Positions 1 through 13,000 of a DNA stretch of 64,000 nucleotides are shown here, piece by piece; position 1 is the stretch's first letter; the number at the start of each line of letters is the position of its first letter. Made by a program: the position numbers and the translations under genes. This DNA comes from Takakia lepidozioides. Its lineage: Eukaryota; Plantae; Bryophyta. The stretch lies in assembly GCA_030704615.1 (NCBI GenBank), contig CM060732.1, positions 23,870,001 to 23,934,000 of the forward strand. The letters are read 5' to 3'. The notes under the pieces were generated by a model, which saw nothing but the letters and a program-made list of their open reading frames with translations, had not been told where the DNA came from and did not search any database.

Positions 1-117
1 CCATGGACATTTATAAAGATGTTCTTTCTTTCTTTCATTTTTTTTTCCTCTCCAGTACATGCATTATCAGCTACAATACAGAGAGGCTTCCAAACACATG
101 CAGGAGAAACAGCACAC

Positions 118-1971
118 CTCATGAGCAGTAGCATGCATGGAATGGGAATCATGGCCCGTGCTAGCAGGGTCTATAGCAATCTGAGGATAGCCAGCCTTGC
201 TTTGCACATGACTACGATAAGGTACAGAGTCTGTCGCTTCCTCCTCATCTGCCGTGTCATCATCATCAGACAATTCTGTCCCTGAGGAGAACTGTCTGCC
301 TTGAAATGCCTGCATCTCACATAAGTCACCCCTCTCTGTCATATCCTCTCGCCCAGTTTCCGAGAAGTATCTCCCACTTCCAGTGTAGGCCGCTTGCAAA
401 TCGAAACTATCCCTTCTACCAAAACTGTCCTTGCGACCAAAGCTGTCTCTGCGACCAAACTCATCTCTTCGACCAGAACTATCTCTGCGCCCAAAGCTCT
501 CCTTGCGAAAACTTTCCCGTCTTCCAAAGCTCTCCCGCCTGGAGATGGGCAGATGTCGGTCATAATAGTCCTCCACTTCAATTGGCTCTGCTTTCAGGGA
601 GTTCCCTTTACCCAATTGTGCCTCTTTCATGTCATTATCTCGCTCATGTAACTGGCTAACAGTCTCAGAAGGGTAATCTGGGGCACTGTGAGGAGGAGGG
701 CTTCCTGAAGGAGATGAATCGGGAGAGTAAAGGCCAGACTCCTGCTCCTCGCCAGAATCGTAGTCATCTTGGGTGGGATTGCCTGCAGAGATGGATCCCA
801 CACTCTCTTCCAAGTCGTCGCTAATGTTTGTGGTGTGGTCAGATGAAAAGGGAGGCCTCAACAAGCCTGAGTGAATGTGTACATGTGGCAGTTGTGAAGG
901 GGGCAACCCCCACCCTTTGCCTGGCATCCGTACAGCTGAGAAGGCATGGTCTCGCGTAATGTCAGGGCTGCCTTTCCCTGATGTTGGCGCACTTGCGGTT
1001 CTTGCTTGTTCCTGCCCCTCCAGCACCTACCATTAGTTCTCGCCAACAAAGCCAGATGTAGGTCAAGGGCTACACTGGCTACAACAAGCTGCCTCCATCC
1101 CTCCCTCAGATACTTCTTGCTCTTCAATCTCATGGACGATCCATCTTGAGTTTACAATCATCACAAGAATGTCTATAGTTTGCAATGAGCAAACATTAAT
1201 CTGTCTTTCTCTCTGAATGAAGAGTTCACTCTTCAGACATCCCTTGAGCTTCCGTTCCTTTTGTGGCCCTTCTCTCTTCTGGTTTTGTTCATCTTTTCCC
1301 ATAAGCTCTTTCAGCTTCTCACAGCCATTGTAAAGTACCATTTCATTTCTCTTTGCCTACCTCGTTTCCAATATGCAATGCCAGCTAATTTGTCCAAACC
1401 ACATGTGCCCCAGTAGTAGGGCTTTCAAACTCGCTGGACGTAATGTTATCTTTCACTGCCAAGAATCTTCGGAGCGAAGAATAACTTCCAAAGCTGTTCT
1501 TCACTCGCAATAACTGTTGATACAAGGAGAAGGACAGTATCTGCATTCCCGGTCTTGTGTTCCATCTCTTTTACGTGTCCCTCTTCAAATGCAACATTGC
1601 TAATTGTCCTTGACTGCAATGTCCAGAACGAGACTAATCCTAAGCTTGTGCCCTTCATATATTACAAATGTCACCGTCCCATACACACTAGGATTATAAC
1701 CACCTTTCGACAGAGTAGAGGCTCTGTCTCTCTCTCTTTCTCCCTCGCTCCCTCTAAGCTCGGCATTTTGCAATGCCACTCCGATTGGACAGGCAATGCC
1801 GAAATGCCTTCCGTTTACTTCTCTTCAAGGCCTCTGTGGCTGTATCTCTCTCACGTCCGAGAGTCCTATGCATTGTGAAGCAGCATTGCAAGAAGAGTCA
1901 GCGACAAAGTAAGAAAAAAACACCTTGCGAACCCACTGAAGAGCGTTGTTGTCCAGTCCGTCCGTAAACAT
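118..1971 (-). CDS. At4g24610-like ('pesticidal crystal cry8Ba'-annotated plant family) protein, 5' exons only; gene continues beyond the left edge
   Basis: Exon 1 at 1971-1924 reads MFTDGLDNNALQWVRK followed by a GT donor, matching the family N-terminus MFTEGLDxxALxWVR. Exon 2 at 1026-118 has an AG acceptor in phase 0, contains the GWGLPPS motif and ends at GAG|GT. Confidence 0.85.
403..540 (-). repeat. Coding tandem repeat: 8 units of ~18 nt encoding R[RK][DE]SFG
   Basis: Translation RRESFG-RRESF-RKESFG-RRDSSG-RRDEFG-RRDSFG-RKDSFG-RRDSF inside ORF 67..1026. Confidence 0.95.
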
Positions 1972-3294
1972 CGCTGCTCCTCACTTCGTCTTCACATCCC
2001 CTGCAAATAACTCCACCCGTCTACTTCCCAAAGAACTCCCCCTCCTGCCAAGCGGCAATCGTACAATGCGTACGGATCTACACCTAACAAGCTCCTCTCC
2101 ACCCTTGCACTTTCACTTCCTGCATGCTGCCCCCGCCACCCTCGCTACCTGACGCGCCCCGACCAAGTCCTTCAAGCCTACAGCAAACTCCTCTCTCTCT
2201 CTCTCTCTCCCTCTCTCTTCCCCCGAATCTGCTCTCTCTTAGCCTATCCAAGTCCAACTCCGTTGGCTGCGTCCAAACCTCGGCCCCGCCCGCTATCAAC
2301 AGGACAATGAAGCACAGATTAAAGTCCACACTGTCTCTCTCTTCTCCTATCACTCTCTTCTCGGTCTGCTCCGTCGAAGCCCCGTCGAAGCCGGATCGAA
2401 GTGCTCGTCTGCCATGCACCAGGATCGTGGTCGTCTCTCCAGCGCAGGCGTGCTCGGAGAGAGCGCTGATTTCCCGCTCGCAGGGCAGCCAAGGCTGGAG
2501 GGAGGGAAGGTGGTCGGATGGCGCCGTCAGACGCGCAACGGCGCCAGAGCGGCGAGGCAGGACCGTTGGCCGCGGCAACGGACACTGCGCGGCCCCCTAT
2601 ACCCGCGGCCAACGGTCACCTCCGCTGGCCTCTGCCGCGCTGCCGCGTCGCTGCCCGTGCCGCGCTGCCGTCCCTCCTTCCCCTATTTTTGGGCGCTACC
2701 CGTAGCCCAAAGTCTTCTTTGCAATGAATGTAGACAAGTGTCAACGGACGTTTCCGTCACTGATGACTCACGGTTCCGGTAACTTGACGGGGCGCTTTCC
2801 AACCACCACTTTCTATTGGATGAATTATCTTTCCACATTCATTCCGAACTTTCTTAGAGTCAAACCAGACATTCACGTTGGGTAAATGCGCTTCGCCAAC
2901 CCTCGGGACATGAGATGCGGCAGGAGCAGGAAACATGGGACATGAGATGCGGGACGTGAGGTTGAAAATAACAGCCTCCGAGAGACCGACTTTCATCCAT
3001 AACTCGCTGAAAAACTCAGAAAAGCAGGCATTTATGACACACTATAATTTTCATTCTCATCCATGATCGCATTTCCAGGCGGTATTTTTCTTGAGACCAA
3101 CTAGTCTAAAATCTCAGATTCGGCTACTTCTGTATGCAGGATTTTGTCATCCGGGGAGGGCAAGACCTCAAGAACGTTGACTCTGATGAATTCAGTCTTT
3201 ACAACTTCCTACTGGGTTGGTGCTTAAGTTTTGCTTTAAGGCGTTTTGACGGTGATGAGCACACTTTTTGTATGATAAGATCACTACTTGGCCA

Positions 3295-3590
3295 TTTTTT
3301 ATTTTTATTTTTTAAAGAAAGGAATTGGAGCCCTGTTAATCAAATTAAGGAACGAGGAACAGATAACCTCGTGGGGGCCATAAGGCAATACAATCCGGGG
3401 GAGGAACCTCCCAGAGCACCACTACGGGGAGCAAAACAACCAGTAATGGTTAACTGAGGTAGCACTTCATGCTTAGATTTATGCCTAGGCGGTGGTGTTC
3501 GTGGTCTGGTTTTAGCGATCAGGCTGAAGGCAAACCTGTAGAGCAAAGCAAGGGTGACAGAGTCGATCCGAAACCAAAGAGCACAACAAA
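3295..3590 (-). mobile_element. Possible short 3' fragment of a LINE
   Basis: A-rich tail on the minus strand at ~3295-3313, and a shared GCCATAAGGCAA motif with the 3' end of the LINE near 31890. No TSD found. Confidence 0.3.
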
Positions 3591-3929
3591 AAAAATAGGA
3601 GCCTAACGTTTTGATCTAAGGGCCTCAAAGTTCAAATGAGCTTTAATTTTGGAGTTCATGTTCTTTCTGTGCTTCCAGTTGATAATGGCCACTTATTAAG
3701 ACATTCCACTTATTGATTTGATGACGTAAGTGAGAAGGTTTGATAGAGATAAAGACCAAGTCATTGGTATTTGCAAACAGCCACAATATATATCAGGGAG
3801 TTGTTTGATACTGATATCCAAGTCCCCTCGCACAAGCCATCTGAGCAGTATGATGAAAATGATGAATAGGTATAGACCAGTGTTGAGCAGATATGGAGTC
3901 ATCAAAATAGCTTCCCTGATATAAATGTG

Positions 3930-4095
3930 TCCAGACCCGGAAGCGACATTTTTTAAGATCCGGGTTATAAGATGCATAACCGGCGGATATGCAAATAGAT
4001 GCATATCCGGATCTGCTGGTTGTCATGTTGGTAATACCCGAAACCGGCAGATATCCAAAGTCAAAAGTATTTAATATCCGGTACCGGCGGATATT
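3930..4095. repeat. Cluster of ATCCGG/ACCGG/CGGAT motifs, probably a subterminal remnant of a DNA transposon
   Basis: Several ATCCGG and CCGGCGGATAT motifs in both orientations within ~170 bp. No TIR or TSD resolved. Confidence 0.35.
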
Positions 4096-5365
4096 AAGAA
4101 AAATTAATATATGCCCAACATTGGTATGCACTCAATGTGTCCCATTGCGTGGTACACCTATATACAGTTTACGTTATGTGTCTCCAAATAATGTCTGGAA
4201 TATGAGGTGGTGCTTTCAATATACACATATTTAATTCCATTAAGTCAAACGTCATCTTTTGGCAATCTGAGATTCATGTTTCTTTTTTTTGTTGTGACAT
4301 TCATCTATCTAAAAAAATCTACTCTTGCCAAAGCAAGCATACCATATACTGTCACTTATTCCAAAAAGACTACTCAGTTCTGATGCTAGGTTCACACCTT
4401 TATGATATCCAACACACGTGTGGTTTCAACCCATAGCCACTAATAAAATGGTATTACGCTCTAACCAGTAGTGGGCTATCTATTGGATGTTTTCATCTAT
4501 CTATACATCAATCATTGTTGTTTATCCATTTTCATGTATCTATTACGGAATCCTTACGAAGTTATATTTCCATGCTTACATATATGAGTACCAATAATTG
4601 CTCAACAAGTTAATGAAATGCTAGTAACTATTTATACGTCAATCTCTGAGGTCATGTAAGACCTTAATAAAATGGGCTTTATATGAGATATATTTCTTTA
4701 GTTGAAATATTAGTGATATTATGCTTTCTTTAAAAGTTAAATTCCATCAGAAGCAGAGGAAATCTTGATCTTATTTTGGCACACCGTGTTCCTATTGTGG
4801 TACACCTTGAACTTGGCATTGTAACCATTTTTGAAGATAAGGATACCATTGGAAAGCCTTTGCTAATTGCAAGTTTGGTACCTTGGGTTGTAACATTGTA
4901 ACCAATCTAGAAAATAAAGATATCACTAGAATTTAGATCTTTAGCTCTTTACTATACAACTTGTATAAGTGCTTTAATAATAATTTATATTTTGTTAATA
5001 GTTAAAACGACTAGTCAGTTACAAGCTCGAATACTCAAAGAAAAACAAGTGGGACAAATGATTTAGAAAGAGGGAAGGTAGTTGGATCGTAGGCGCAAAA
5101 GTATGGTCTTATAGCTTATTCTATGGGCAGACATGATGCATCTATAATTGGGCGGAGAAAAGAAAATCAGAATAATTCATAATATCAAGTTCTTTTATTT
5201 TGGCATAACTCTGGAGTCTTTTTGCCGCCTTGAATGTCCAACAGGTCATGGACTCTGTTCGATGAATGTTACGAATCATCTCCATTCATGACGGTGGATA
5301 TCATCATCCATCACCGTCCATGGTGATCACACGCAAAGACCATGTCTCGATGTGACTGTCCCAAA

Positions 5366-5579
5366 TCTATATTATACCCCTCACATCAAGGTACACCCTC
5401 TAGTGGGGGACTTTTGTTACCTTATGCATAATGAGTTGTAGTTGCAACCTACAATATCCAATTAAAAAAATCTCCTGATGAAATTAAATATGACGTAGAA
5501 TAATACCACGTGGCTACCTTGGGATGGTGTCACATGTTTGTGGAAAGATCATACGCGCAGTGCCGCGTGGCATAGCTAG
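5366..5579 (+). mobile_element. Short non-autonomous Helitron
   Basis: 3' end has an ACGCG-cagtgc-CGCGT hairpin followed 7 nt later by CTAG|T. Candidate 5' end A|TCTATATTATA at 5366 fits insertion between A and T. The 5' end is less certain. Confidence 0.6.
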
Positions 5580-5780
5580 TGATTTAAGGCCTTGATAGCT
5601 GTTGGGCCTTACTCAAGAAACTTCCTACATGACTTGAAATCATACCTTAAAAGAAATTGCAGTTCTATGTTTTTAATGATTGTTAATGTTCATATGTGCA
5701 GAGCCACATAAGGCAAAGAAAAATGAATTGCGAACGTACCTCTAATGAGAGGTACACTGCCGGCTACTTCGAAGGATCTG

Positions 5781-6067
5781 AAGCAACAAACTCGTTGAAG
5801 AGGGCCTGAAAAGAAAAACACGTCACATGTTCAATGTCAAACAAACAACAACAACAACAAGGAAGCTGCAGATTCATTGACGAGGGTTTGAAAACCCCGC
5901 TGGCTTCTGAAAAAAACACGTCACATGTTCAATGTCAAACAAACAACAACAACAACAACAACAACAAGGAAGCTGCAGACTCGTTGACGAGGGTCTGAAA
6001 ACCCCGTTGGCTTCTGAGAAAAATACGCTACATGTTCAATGTCAAACAAACAACAACAACAACAAGG
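5781..6067 (+). repeat. Tandem repeat of ~90-100 bp (3 copies), each ending in a variable (CAA)n tract
   Basis: Unit approximately GGAAGCTGCAGACTCGTTGACGAGGGTCTGAAAACCCCG...CACGTCACATGTTCAATGTCAAACAAA(CAA)n. The first copy is partial. Confidence 0.9.
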
Positions 6068-6202
6068 ATCTAAGGGAAAAACGCAAAAATATGCGTGGAG
6101 AGGTATTGAGAAGTGTTAGGCATGAGGGTTTAAGTACACAGCTCTGTTCGCTTCCTCCGCTTCCCTCTGTTGATAGAGGTTAGTACCATACATGCATCTT
6201 TT

Positions 6203-6649
6203 TAAAGTCCTGTCTAGAAGGAGGGATGGTTGGACGACTACTTAGCATATATAAGAGTTATAAGGACGACGGCCGCCGGTATGCTTTATGAAGATATAGC
6301 AAAAGCACCCAGAAGGAAAGGCTCACCATATAAGTTGAAAATTCGAGGAAAAAAATCTATGGGATCTCATGGAGAAGAGAAGACAAACGAATAATGAAAG
6401 TTCATATTCAACTTGAGAAAGTCACGTCCATGATGATTACCAAGGGCAATAGAACCCTTAATAGATAGTCTTCAAACCCTTAATGTTGTGGCAACTGGCT
6501 TATACTCAGGAAAGATATAACAAAGCCCAGATCAGTCTGTGGGGCCACATCCTCTCGACCTTCTAGTCTTCGTCTAGAGTATATTCATCTATGTAACGGA
6601 TAAAACAACACAAACTAGTATTTTCTAGAAGCCTCTCCCTTACTCTTCT
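6203..6649 (+). repeat. Dispersed ~445-bp repeat, copy 1 (inverted copy at 26631-27074)
   Basis: Collinear by eye from AAAGTCCTGTC to CCCTTACTCTTCT with the reverse complement of 26631-27074, with scattered substitutions and indels. Confidence 0.9.
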
Positions 6650-7279
6650 TCACGTGTATCATTCTTCAGTTGGCACGTGCTATCATTTGTTTGGAGTCAA
6701 ATTAACTATTTAAAGTCATTGTCAATTAACTTGTACATGTCGTTGTATATATAACTTATAATCATATGTGCAATTGATCCACTACATATGATAAAAGCTG
6801 TCCCATCTTTAGACAAGTTAATTATTACATTGGATGATAGGCACCCAATAACTTAAACCACTAGTTGGTACTACTTAGTCCAAGTCATCATGACGTTTTC
6901 CACTCGAAACTCATGGCATTGTAGCTTGTTGATGATTTGTAGCATTCTACACATCCTTAAAAGATGATACTTGATATGGATTCTCATTCATTTGAGATGC
7001 ACCTCATATTGGATAGAATTGTTGATTGGAAAGTATTATACATGGATATGGTCTTCATGGTATGGTAGGGAGGTTTTCTACATCCATTAACAACATATAG
7101 GCACTACATTTATGCTCATAGGGCTTGGCGACCGATAAGACCAATATTGGGGAGTGTAAAAGGGCTTGTCTTTAGGTCTACAAAGATTTTCAGAATGTTA
7201 AAAATAGAAAACATTATACAAAGGTTAAACTAATGTCATGCTATAAATTAATGAGGAAAAAAAATAGCGTCTTCTACCG

Positions 7280-8810
7280 AATTGTGCTTGACAAAACTAT
7301 GGAGTACATAAAAGAACTTGACATTATGTCTCCATAATAATAATGGAAACCCGATATGCAAAAAGCCTCAAGTCATTATACTACCCATAGATTTTATTTT
7401 TCTATTTAGATATTAAACTAAGTATGTTTTTACCAAAAAATATTGGAGGTTGGGAATGTTGATTGTCAAGGGAGAAATCAGCGAAAGAGAATAATGAACA
7501 TCGATCATCAAGCAAGCAATCAGCCCATGATGCAGAAGGAGATCGTGACGAGTAATCATGGAGTATAGAGAAACATTCAATTATTATTGTGTACATTATA
7601 TAATGAGTGGAAAGTCCATAGTCCATACAACCAAAAGAGAGGTCGGTGGGTGTTTTTCCTTGCAAGCAAAGGAGAAAACATCAACAATATGACAAAATAA
7701 AGTCTTTTGCCACATAGTGCAAGTATAGAAATCGAAGTTGAAGTCTCCAGATCATTATCGACACTAACAAAAGAGCATGTAGCAGACTACATTGAGAGCC
7801 TTCATAATGGTGGGTGCTATAATTCATTGTGTATACATATTTAACCATATTGCAATCGTGTTCTCGGTCGATCGTATTTCAATGTTTACTGGTGATAAGC
7901 CTGAAAATTTGTTTGAGTAGGGTACTTTTGAAAACTTATAAATCACATCACTATCCAAAGAAACACGAGGTCGAGATATGTTGGTCTCGATAAAACCAAC
8001 AATGTACAAAGCAAAATTCAACGTTGGATATAGATTGTCTTCAATGAGATCAGCAGGAGATAACATCGTGGTGGCCATTGATTCAAAGCGGTTGGTATTC
8101 TCATACGACATGCAAAAGTTATGGAAGACATTGCGAAGTATCACAACAACCCATTGTTTTATTTTATTTACAAAGATGTATTTACAAACATGCATATTGT
8201 TGGAAGGGAAGGCACATTTGAGAGATTTGTTGAACATTTGAAATGGGCTCATTTGATTAGGCACAAGGCCGTCTTGCATGGTCACAACAGACTACAACAT
8301 TAAATGTGTTTATGTTTAATTTCCTAAAAATAAAATAGAATAATGTCATTGAAAGCTTTTAAAAAAATGTTGTTATGAGATTTAGATGATTGCAAATGTA
8401 ACGTTTTAAAATGCATAGTTTGAAAGCCAATACAAAAAGTATGAATTTGTTGTGAGTGACAATAGGCAGGCAGTGGTTTCTTTTATATTAGTTTGTTTAA
8501 ATTTTATTTTTGCATAATTTCAACTGTAGGGACACATACACATGAGGACATTGATGCTTACTTTAGTTATCGTTTAAGAAAATTGAAGGAGAATAGCATA
8601 TATGTTCTTTCCGACTCATGAAAAATTTCATGGTATCTCAAGAACTAGTTCATTCCACAAATCATTCAGAAAATTCCAGATTTCAATGATTTTATCGACG
8701 ACTTTATTTTGAACGGAAAGGAGGCGTTGGTTGATGCTACAAAAATGCACGTCTTTTCGGATGAGGGATGATATGTAATGCAATACAAGAAATCTGCGAT
8801 AGACTCAAAA
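7280..8810 (+). mobile_element. Heavily decayed DUF7869-type transposase relic
   Basis: GHTHEDIDAYFSY motif (one small indel) at ~8530-8570 and an HVF...MQYK-like stretch at ~8745-8790. Many stops and frameshifts; boundaries are approximate. Confidence 0.55.
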
Positions 8811-9039
8811 TAGCAATGTTAAGATGTGAAAAGCTCGAAAATAAAAATAAAAATATTTATTATAAAAATATTTATAAAAATGATAAAAATACACTTCCCA
8901 GTGATAAAAATATTTATTCTACTCCATCATAATGTGGTTCATGTTCACAAGTCTACTTTTAGTATTATTTATCTGAGCTTTATATAGGTCAATGTAAGGA
9001 TTTTTTTCCATATTCATTTTTCATTCATGGTTTTGCTTA

Positions 9040-10790
9040 GAGTGATTCGCTCTAAGTGGTTGGGACAAATTTTACTTCAATTATTTTATTGGTCCTAGTA
9101 AACTCTCTTCCACATGAAAGTTTTTCATAATTTTGCTGAATATCCTAGTAAACATATATCCTAAAACCTCATATTCATATTTGAATTTCGTTCATAATTA
9201 TTTTTTAAATTTTGGGGTACAAGAATATTATAGTGGTTAGGGAGTGGTTGGGATATTTACTGAAAGTTTTTATTGGTCATAAACACTCTTCCATATAGAT
9301 TGTTTCTTATTGATACAAGTAGACTTGCTTAATATCCGAAATCCTATATCCCAAAATTTCTTACCAATGTTTGAAGCTCAATGTTAAAAAAAAAAGAAAA
9401 AGAAAATCCCAAACTTTAGGATAGAATAGAGTATTTGGAATAGATATTGATTGAAAGATTTTATGGATCGTAAGCACTCTTCCATATTTTTTTGTCATTT
9501 ATGTTTTTACTTACTAAACCCCAAAAACCAATTTTCTCAAATGCTTAATGTTTGTCAATATTCATTCCCCCGCCCCCCACTAGTTTTCATGTTTTCTATA
9601 TTTGTTTTTCATTGAATATACTATATCTGCTTACTAGACTTACCCTAATCCACGTAAATCCTTGAATGTTTGAAGCTCAATTAATTTATTTTCCACCTTT
9701 GGGGTTTTATTATAGAGGGTTTGAGATATTTACTTGAAAGTTTTTATTCTACTACTAAAGACTCTTCCATATTTTTTGGAACTTGATAGTATATTCTGTT
9801 ACCCCCTTGCTTATACCCTAAGTACTCATTCAAATGTTTAATTCAGTTCATTGAAATCCATTTTTTCAGCGTTGGGATATTCGATTGAAAGCTTTTATAG
9901 GTTCTATACACACTTGCATATTTTTGGTCTTCGACATTTATACTTACTGTAAACCCTATACCCTAAAATCTCTTATCCATGTTTGAAACTCATTGAAAAA
10001 AATAGATTCCGGCTTTGGGGTACAATAGATTGGTTGGGATATTTGATTGAATGTTTTTATAGGTTCTATACATACTTGCATTTTTTTTTTCATTGACAGT
10101 TATGCTTATCATAAACCCTATACACTAGAAGCTCATATCTATTTTTGAAGCTCATTTAAAAAAACAAATTCCTGCTTTGGGATGCAATAGAGTGATTTGG
10201 ATGTTTGATTGATAGGTTCTATAGACATTTGAATATATATTTTTTGTCATTGACACTTTTTCTTATTCTAAATCCTATGTCCCAAAGACCTCATCCATAT
10301 TTGAAGCTCAATAAAAAAAACAAATTCTAGCAGTGGCCTAGGATACAATCATGGTTGGGATATTTAATTGAATGATTTTATAGGTCATAAACACTCTTTC
10401 ATAAATTTTATTTCTTGTGGATTTTATTTGTGCTTACCGTAACCAAAATCCTATTTCTAATGTTTGAAGCTCATTCTAACTTTGTTTTTTCGAGCTTTGC
10501 TGTAGAATAGACTATAGAGTGGTTGAGATACTTAATTGATTGTTTTATACTCTCCCAAATTTGTTTTTCATTGATACTTTTGCAGACCTAAACCAGGCTA
10601 GTATACTCTAAAATGTAATTCAAATGTTTGAAGGTCAATTAAATTTAGTTTTCAGCTTATTAGATGTAGGATATTATAGTGATTGGGAGCAATTTTACTT
10701 CAAACTTTATATAGGTTCTAAAGGCTCTTCCATTTTTTTTGTACTTGACAGTACTAAATTTGCTTACCCCAAATCCCATTTTATTATACA
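9040..10790. repeat. Degenerate AT-rich tandem array, ~160-bp unit, about 11 copies
   Basis: Recurring blocks TTTGAAGCTCA, TTTGGGG, GGTTGGGATATTT..TTGAA and TATAGGTTCTA..CACTCTTCCATA at ~150-170 bp spacing. Confidence 0.85.
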
Positions 10791-11289
10791 ATGCAATCCA
10801 CTCAACATTGATGTCGTCGTTTAATAGATTGATTCGTGCAACTTTATAAATTTAATTGATTTATAACTTCATAATAATAAAATTATTACTCAATTTAATT
10901 AAATAGAAAATTATATTAAGTTTTGTCCGGATTTAATCCAAAAGTCCGGATTTAGTTAGAATTGAGTTAAAGGTATCTAATGATCTATATCTGCATGTGC
11001 CCTTCTAGATTGGTGGTTCCCTCCTAGACATAAAGGTCATGGGTGTGTGACTTTTGGCCACCCTTCTACCCACTTAATCTTGGATAATAGCAAAAATGAA
11101 TGCTGGTTTCTGTTTTTACAGAAGGTCTACATAGAGAGAACTTTGATTTTGTGTTGTATCGTTAGTTTGTTGATGGGGGCCTTGTTTCAAGGTTGATGAT
11201 TGTAAAAGAAGCAGTCTGACTCTCACTAATTCTTTACTAGTCTTGACTAGCCCTATCTCTCTCTTACCCATACTGTACTCCATTTGGTT

Positions 11290-12090
11290 TTGGCAAGCTG
11301 ATCTTCTGCCATGTGGGTCCTTGGTATGGGTGTAGAACAACACCACTACTTCAGGTGCTCCTGTTTGGCTTGCACCGGTGTCCGCACTTGGGTATAAGGA
11401 TCCATTACCAGCTCCCATTGCTGCGGTTCAAGGTACCCTTGTTGGCATCAACAACCAAGAATTCCATTCCACAATCCAAAAGCTGCTATAGAGGATACAA
11501 ACAACAAGGGACTCTCTCAGCTTCTTCTTGGTACGTTGGCTTTAGAAGACTGGACCTTGGACCTTCCTACTGGCTTTGTCCCATGGAAATCAGGCTAAGA
11601 GGATTCTGAAATTACAGGAAGCCCATAGCAAATTGTCATTCATGCTCTTAAGTGATGATCTTGCTGTGGAGAAAGCTACGAGTTTGACACAGTCGATTGG
11701 GGATGCATTAAGGAAGGCTAACACTTCGGATTCAAGGCCGGTAATTCAGCAAGACACTTCAGCAGGTTTTGTCTTCAGATTCACAAAGCAACTCAAAGTT
11801 TTGTCGCTTTCAGCCATGCTCAATGTCCTTGCAGAGGAGCTGAATTCGCTCGCCAAGTTTTCTGAAGATGTTCAGGCGTCTCAAAGGGAAATGGACCGTT
11901 AGAACTTGACAAGTTCAGGGGTGGAGCCTCCTTTGATTCCTGAAGGTGTGTTGAGTGGTTAGTAGCGGATAAGGGTCACAACATGTGAGCATGTACATGG
12001 GCCTCCTGTTGGCATGTATCCAAAGTTTCTCTCAACGATGGAGGCAGACCTTGAGCAATATGGTCAACTAGCATCACCACTGGCAAAGCT
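11290..12090 (+). pseudogene. Decayed coding-like fragment of unidentified origin
   Basis: GC-richer stretch with a protein-like frame (ORF 11576..11902) that extends on both sides through in-frame stops. Family not recognised. Confidence 0.3.
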
Positions 12091-13000
12091 GTGATTCGTG
12101 ATTCCCTGCATTCTTTGTTATCACTTCAGTTGATTGGAACTAGTGACTCAGAGGTGTGTGTACTTCGCAAAATATGAAGCCGACATACACCTCACCGATC
12201 TCTAGAAGCTCTTACCAGCAATTTGCTGCATAATTTGATATGCCGATAGTGCATGCTTTACTTTGGAAGTTGAGAATAGACACAGTTGTGCACACTTTTG
12301 CATGTGAGATCAGGAGCGACAGAGGTGCGACATTGAATCTGCCGTTGCTGTTCCTATCACACTGCAAGAACGTTTGAATGCTTGTCTGATTGAGTAACTC
12401 ATTTATTGTCCTCATGAGACTACTCCGTACATGTCAATGTGTGGTTCTCTGCAAGATTGTCAGAGATTTCAAATCCACAGAGCCCATCTCTGGTGGTTGC
12501 TTGCATCAAACACTCCCAATTGTCCACAACATCACCCAGATCTCAAGATGTGCAAGTTTTCTAGTCTCTTATCAACTAGAGACATACAGATGTCACTGTG
12601 CATTATCAATTGCAGTGCTGTTTGAAGTGACACAATGCCAATGTCTTCAAAAAATCAACGTACTGTATTACCTTCATAAAGGTTGTTGTAAGTTAGGGTG
12701 GTATTGTCATCGATGACTGTCTTCATAATCACAGAGGAGAACAGCTCGCTTGATATGACCTTCATGAAGGTTATGCACAGTGAGGGAAATGCGCCGAGCC
12801 TCCAGCTGTGGCAATGAAAGCTCCTCCTGCCATACCTTGCTTTGAGAACTTCGTGCGTGCAGGGAGGGAGGGAGGGAGGGAGAGAGAGAGAGAGAGAGGT
12901 ATGAAGGTTGGTTGAGGCCTTTGACTTCCTTGATTAGCTTTGGAACTCTTCTTCACAACGGTCGTTGGGTTGTGTAGCTGAGGGGGCGCTGCGGATCACC

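Noticed and set aside
2084-2782. Overlapping GC-rich ORFs (2084..2578, 2124..2705 and others)
   Set aside because: Low-complexity GC-rich promoter/5' UTR region of the At4g24610-like gene with a CT microsatellite; no recognisable domain.
5781-6067. CRISPR-like array
   Set aside because: Whole units repeat with no unique spacers, the context is eukaryotic and no cas genes are present.
6203-6649. Telomerase RNA candidate (TATATAAG plus a CAAACCCTTAA template-like motif, near POT1)
   Set aside because: No USE (TCCCACA) at the right spacing before the TATA, the motif differs between the two copies and is not a clean CTAAACCCT template, and there is no G-rich 5' end or U-run terminator.
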